Shown here in pieces: positions 60,389-64,000 of a stretch of 64,000 nucleotides of DNA; the first letter of the stretch is position 1; the number at the start of each line of letters is the position of its first letter. This stretch comes from Synechococcus sp. (GTDB taxonomy: Bacteria > Cyanobacteriota > Cyanobacteriia > PCC-6307 > Cyanobiaceae): positions 1,144,203-1,208,202 of the forward strand of contig JBJBEO010000001.1 in NCBI GenBank assembly GCA_047284725.1, given 5' to 3'. Under the pieces are notes generated by a model. It was not told where the DNA came from and made no database searches. It was given only the letters and a program-made list of their open reading frames with translations. The position numbers were made by a program, and so were the translations under genes.

Positions 60389-60533
60389 GGGAGACTCCTG
60401 CGGCGAGCTTGCGTCGCTGTTCCGTGGAACAAACTTCGCAGCCCTCAAACTTAAACACGTTTGGCTCGAAAGCCAATGTGCTTCGCGAACTCGCCACGAG
60501 TTAGCGAGGATTGAACAATCTTTGCTCGACCTC

Positions 60534-60716
60534 ATGTTTCCTTCCTCTCTCTGCTCGGCCACGTCTGGCTCTGACTGGCGTCAGCAGCACCAGAAACGCA
60601 AGCTCGACATGCTGCGCTTCTGGCGCGATGGATTGGAGCGACAACTCGCCGCCGTGAATGCCTCTCTTGCAACCCTGGAGGGTCAGATCAGCCGCGACTC
60701 TGAGACGTCTGACTGA
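60534..60716 (+). CDS. Small conserved hypothetical coiled-coil protein
   Basis: LRFWRDGLERQLAAVNASLATLEGQI; convergent with the sigma factor gene. Confidence 0.7.
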   Translation: MFPSSLCSATSGSDWRQQHQKRKLDMLRFWRDGLERQLAAVNASLATLEGQISRDSETSD

Positions 60717-60722
60717 GGATGC

Positions 60723-61379
60723 CTACGGTCTGAGGCCCTTCTGTCGACAATCACCCGCCAGTCTGCGCAGCCCTCGTTTGACCCGTCGTTGCACCGTCAT
60801 CGCACTGGTTCCCAGACGTTCCGCAGTTGTTCTCAGGCTGGTGCCTTCAACAACGACAGCTTGTAGGCAATCCCGTTCTTGCCTGGGCAATGCCTTCCAG
60901 CAGGTTGCCAATGCGCTTTTCCGCTCGTTGTCCGTGAGCCGTTGCATGTCTGATAGCTCGTGTTGCTGCTGATAATGGACTTGTTCGTCGTAGTCGCTCC
61001 ACTGGGCCTGATAGCGATACGTGTTGACCACCAGAGAGTCCTGCGCAGTCAGGTTTGACCTGGATGGTGAGTTGGAGCTGTGCTCCCGGATCATGCGTTG
61101 CGCTTGTTCCTGCAGTGTTCTCGGCAATCGCACCAAGCCTGCGTTGTCGCGCAGGTAGTGAAGGATTGCTCCGCGAATGTGCGCTTTCGCATACCCCCTG
61201 AATGTGTTTTCACCACCGGTGTTGTACTGCTGGGCAGCTTTCAGCAGTCCTAAGCGTCCCACCTGTGTCAGGTCGTCGTGATCCTGGCCCGATGCCCGGG
61301 AGTAATGCCATGCGATTGGCGTGACGAGATCGAGATAGGCCAGGACCTGTTCGTTTCTTTGGTTGGCTGTGTGGTTCAT
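60723..61379 (-). CDS. Group 3 (SigF-like) RNA polymerase sigma factor
   Basis: DDLTQVGRLGLLKAA, YAKAHIRGAILHYLRD and region 4 SLRTTAERLGTSAMTVQR. Confidence 0.92.
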   Translation of the reverse strand: MNHTANQRNEQVLAYLDLVTPIAWHYSRASGQDHDDLTQVGRLGLLKAAQQYNTGGENTFRGYAKAHIRGAILHYLRDNAGLVRLPRTLQEQAQRMIREHSSNSPSRSNLTAQDSLVVNTYRYQAQWSDYDEQVHYQQQHELSDMQRLTDNERKSALATCWKALPRQERDCLQAVVVEGTSLRTTAERLGTSAMTVQRRVKRGLRRLAGDCRQKGLRP

Positions 61380-61434
61380 GGTTGTGCCGTTGAGGTTTGG
61401 ATCGGTTCACCCTCATCACTCAGCCATTCACGGT

Positions 61435-62313
61435 TCAGGACGATCCGTCATCCGTGGTTGCACGGAATGGGTCCACAACTTCAGCAAGCAGGCGTTCGGG
61501 GCCGTTGGTTAAAAGCCAGTTCCGATCCCCCTTTTCTGTGGCAAGCAGGTACCCCGCAAAACCAAGAGCGTTGACGCTGAAGCCATGGACACCATCGCTG
61601 CAACGTCTCACCATCGCCATCCAATGGTCCGTGAGGAGCACGTTGTAAGGGGCTTGAGGTGCGTTCTCTCGTCCTGGCACTCCGAGTTGAAGCTCCATGG
61701 CAAGACTGCTGTACAGCTCGGCGAGGTGTTCAGCCTGATCGCGGTGCTCAGGATTTCGGGGCCGAACGGCTGTTGCTGCCTCCACGGGTGGTACCGGCAC
61801 CGTGTTGTCACGGGGATCGTTGAGAAGGTTGCAAAACCATTGCTCACGCGGGCAGCGCGCTTCGTCAGTCTGCCGGGGCAGCAATTGCAGATGCCGGTGG
61901 GGTTGGCTGGCACCGGCCAGGGGTCCACTGTTGAAGAACCACAACCCCGTGGTGACTGCATCCACTTTGCTCACCGCGATCCAATCGCTGCTTTCGAGCC
62001 AATCCCTCTGCGAGGCCCAGTCTTTTGTGATCAACAGCATGTGCCCGAGCTGCACCGGGTACTTGTTCAGGATCAGGGCATGGTGAGCTCCGATCAGGGA
62101 CACCTCAAGTCGTCGGTCCCAGGGACAAAATGGATTCGGTTGAGGGCCGGCTTGGCGGAAATGCTTCGGCAAGGCTGAGGTGAGCTCCCTGAGTTCGAAC
62201 TGGTCGTTGCCATCCAGGGGGATCTTGCAGGTGCTCAGCGGGATCAGAGCTCCCTCCTCCAGGGCTGACTCGCTGCGACGCAACGCCAGCTGCTCGTAGC
62301 TCTCAATCCCCAT
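61435..62313 (-). CDS. ATP adenylyltransferase / Ap4A phosphorylase (HIT-like)
   Basis: NPF, LNKYPV, FFNSGPLAGASQPHRHLQ and SVNALGFAG. Confidence 0.9.
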   Translation of the reverse strand: MGIESYEQLALRRSESALEEGALIPLSTCKIPLDGNDQFELRELTSALPKHFRQAGPQPNPFCPWDRRLEVSLIGAHHALILNKYPVQLGHMLLITKDWASQRDWLESSDWIAVSKVDAVTTGLWFFNSGPLAGASQPHRHLQLLPRQTDEARCPREQWFCNLLNDPRDNTVPVPPVEAATAVRPRNPEHRDQAEHLAELYSSLAMELQLGVPGRENAPQAPYNVLLTDHWMAMVRRCSDGVHGFSVNALGFAGYLLATEKGDRNWLLTNGPERLLAEVVDPFRATTDDGSS

Positions 62314-63241
62314 CGAGTCTGATGCGCGCCAATGATGCTCCTTTGTAATACCGATCGAGGATCTGGGCGTAATCCTTTCCCTGTTCTGCCAGTGATTGTG
62401 CTCCCGTCTGACTCATACTTGCCCCGAGATGGCCATGGGCTTGTGCGCTGATTTGGGCTGATGCGGCATAAAGGCTCTCCACAAGTCCACCGCGGAACTG
62501 CAGGACTTGCCCCTCTGTGGCTTGCGTCGCACGGCGTGTGGAAGCAGAGGTGCTTCGCACACCGTCGTAGACCTGCCATCGCGTGCTGTCGCCGAGGTGA
62601 TACAGGCCTGAAGCAGGCCTCATCACATGCACGAGTGCATAGGACCTGGCTGCAACGGCCTGGGCTTTGAGGGCTTCCGGGTTCCAGCTGCTCGGCATTT
62701 CGGCACCCACAACGGATGCCACGTAGGTTTCGATCGGCAGTTGGTTGACGGCCAGCCATTGGCCGGAGTGTCGAACCAATTCGATGCTTCCCTGGTAAGC
62801 CGCATTGTTCACTGCGATGGTTGCTGCTCCATTGGTCTGACAGATCAGACCGCGTCGGTTGTCTTGTGCCAGATCAATGGTTCTGATCGGTTCACCTGTG
62901 GCCGATCGGCACCTGGCGCCCGGTCCCGGCTGCAGACGTCGAACCGGAAAATGCTTGAAGAGCGCGATGCGCACACTTGCTTGTTGGTCTGGCTGGATTG
63001 GTTGCCGTGGCGACTGCCTGTTCTGCTTGAGAGGGGAATCATCAAGCTGTTCACCCTTGTCATGCTCCTTGGCTCGGATCTCCTCGTTCTCAAGCAGCGC
63101 TTCGAGCAAGGCATCGCTACTGATTGACCCAGTCGGGTTGGCGGTGGACAAGGCGCTTGGCATGACGCGCCAGAGAGCCACAGCCGCCAGCATCGCAAGG
63201 ATCGGTGTCATCCTGGCCAGGGTGGGGATCCTCATGGCCAC
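62303..63241 (-). CDS. SpoIID/LytB domain protein
   Basis: YVASVVGAEMPSSWNPEALKAQAVAARSYA, QVYDG and MSQTGA...ILDRYY. Confidence 0.92.
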   Translation of the reverse strand: MAMRIPTLARMTPILAMLAAVALWRVMPSALSTANPTGSISSDALLEALLENEEIRAKEHDKGEQLDDSPLKQNRQSPRQPIQPDQQASVRIALFKHFPVRRLQPGPGARCRSATGEPIRTIDLAQDNRRGLICQTNGAATIAVNNAAYQGSIELVRHSGQWLAVNQLPIETYVASVVGAEMPSSWNPEALKAQAVAARSYALVHVMRPASGLYHLGDSTRWQVYDGVRSTSASTRRATQATEGQVLQFRGGLVESLYAASAQISAQAHGHLGASMSQTGAQSLAEQGKDYAQILDRYYKGASLARIRLDGD

Positions 63242-63319
63242 GGGGGCTCAGAACACGGTCATCATGCTGACGCCCAAGACCGTTTGCTGCATACGGTTGA
63301 TCAGCAACACGCATGAGTG

Positions 63320-64000
63320 ATGAGCCGTTGTTCGTGGCAGGGGCTGGCCCTGGTGGTTGGTGCTGGTGGGATCGGTCGGGCCTTGGCGGCTTGTCTTGCT
63401 GAGCGGTGTCCCTCGCTTGAGGTGGTGCTTTGCGGACGCTCGCTGGAGCCTTCCATCGGATGGCAGGTTGATCTTGAGTCGTCAGCCAGTCTCGACGCCC
63501 TTCAGGCTCGTCTGAGGTCCGATCACAGGCCTCTGCGGCTGGTGATCAATGCCAGCGGGCTTCTGCATCGAAACGCTGATCACGGTTGCCCCCTGATGCC
63601 GGAAAAGCGTCTCCAGCAAGTCACTGTTGATGCCTTGCAAGCCAGCCTGTCGGTCAACGCCATCGCCCCACTTGTTTTGGCACAGTGCGTTGAACCTCTG
63701 CTTGATCGTTCGCGTCCTTTTCACTTCGCCAGCCTGAGTGCCCGTGTCGGCAGCATCGGCGATAACCGCTCAGGTGGTTGGTATGCCTACCGCGGCGCCA
63801 AAGCGGCGCAGAACATGTACCTCAAATGCCTGAGCCTTGAGTGGGCCAGGCGCTTTCCCCAGAGCACTGTGCTGATGCTGCATCCGGGGACGACGGACAC
63901 GCCCTTGTCAAAGCCATTTCAGGGGTTTGTCAGAGCCGAATCGTTATTCAGCCCGGAGCATGCAGCCCAGCACCTTGTCGATGTGCTGACCAGGCAGGGC
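63320..64000 (+). CDS. Short-chain dehydrogenase, C-factor/CsgA-like (3' truncated)
   Basis: ALVVGAGGIG, INASGLLH, SLSARVGSIGDNRSGGWYAYRGAKAA and LHPGTTDT; runs off the window. Confidence 0.9.
   Translation, partial: MSRCSWQGLALVVGAGGIGRALAACLAERCPSLEVVLCGRSLEPSIGWQVDLESSASLDALQARLRSDHRPLRLVINASGLLHRNADHGCPLMPEKRLQQVTVDALQASLSVNAIAPLVLAQCVEPLLDRSRPFHFASLSARVGSIGDNRSGGWYAYRGAKAAQNMYLKCLSLEWARRFPQSTVLMLHPGTTDTPLSKPFQGFVRAESLFSPEHAAQHLVDVLTRQG

Overview
About 60% GC chromosomal segment whose gene content and order (mfd, fmt-tldE-tldD, acsF, ndhV, psb30, recJ, rpmF-ftsH, 2-Cys Prx, pcxA, psb32, metG, rpsR-rpmG-pheT, apcD, sigF-type sigma) point to a marine picocyanobacterium (Synechococcus-like). 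Most of the window is core genome. The exception is an accessory island at about 6.8-15.1 kb, which holds a decaying integron of the 'inverted integrase' type: intI is co-oriented with the array and lies upstream of it. The integron has an intI with one in-frame TAA, a second broken intI remnant in tandem, two homologous 147-bp attI-like modules plus a possible third site, and four attC sites (two clear, two degenerate). Its cassettes encode two lipoproteins, a broken DUF3427/PUA-like-HNH nuclease and an HNH nuclease + MazG-like pyrophosphohydrolase pair, a candidate anti-phage system. A second unexplained stretch is a ~900-bp non-coding region (56.7-57.6 kb) with four copies of TGGGTCTTGC and a long hairpin, beside a gene for an RHH + J-domain protein. 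All product calls come from motif recognition by eye; no searches were run.
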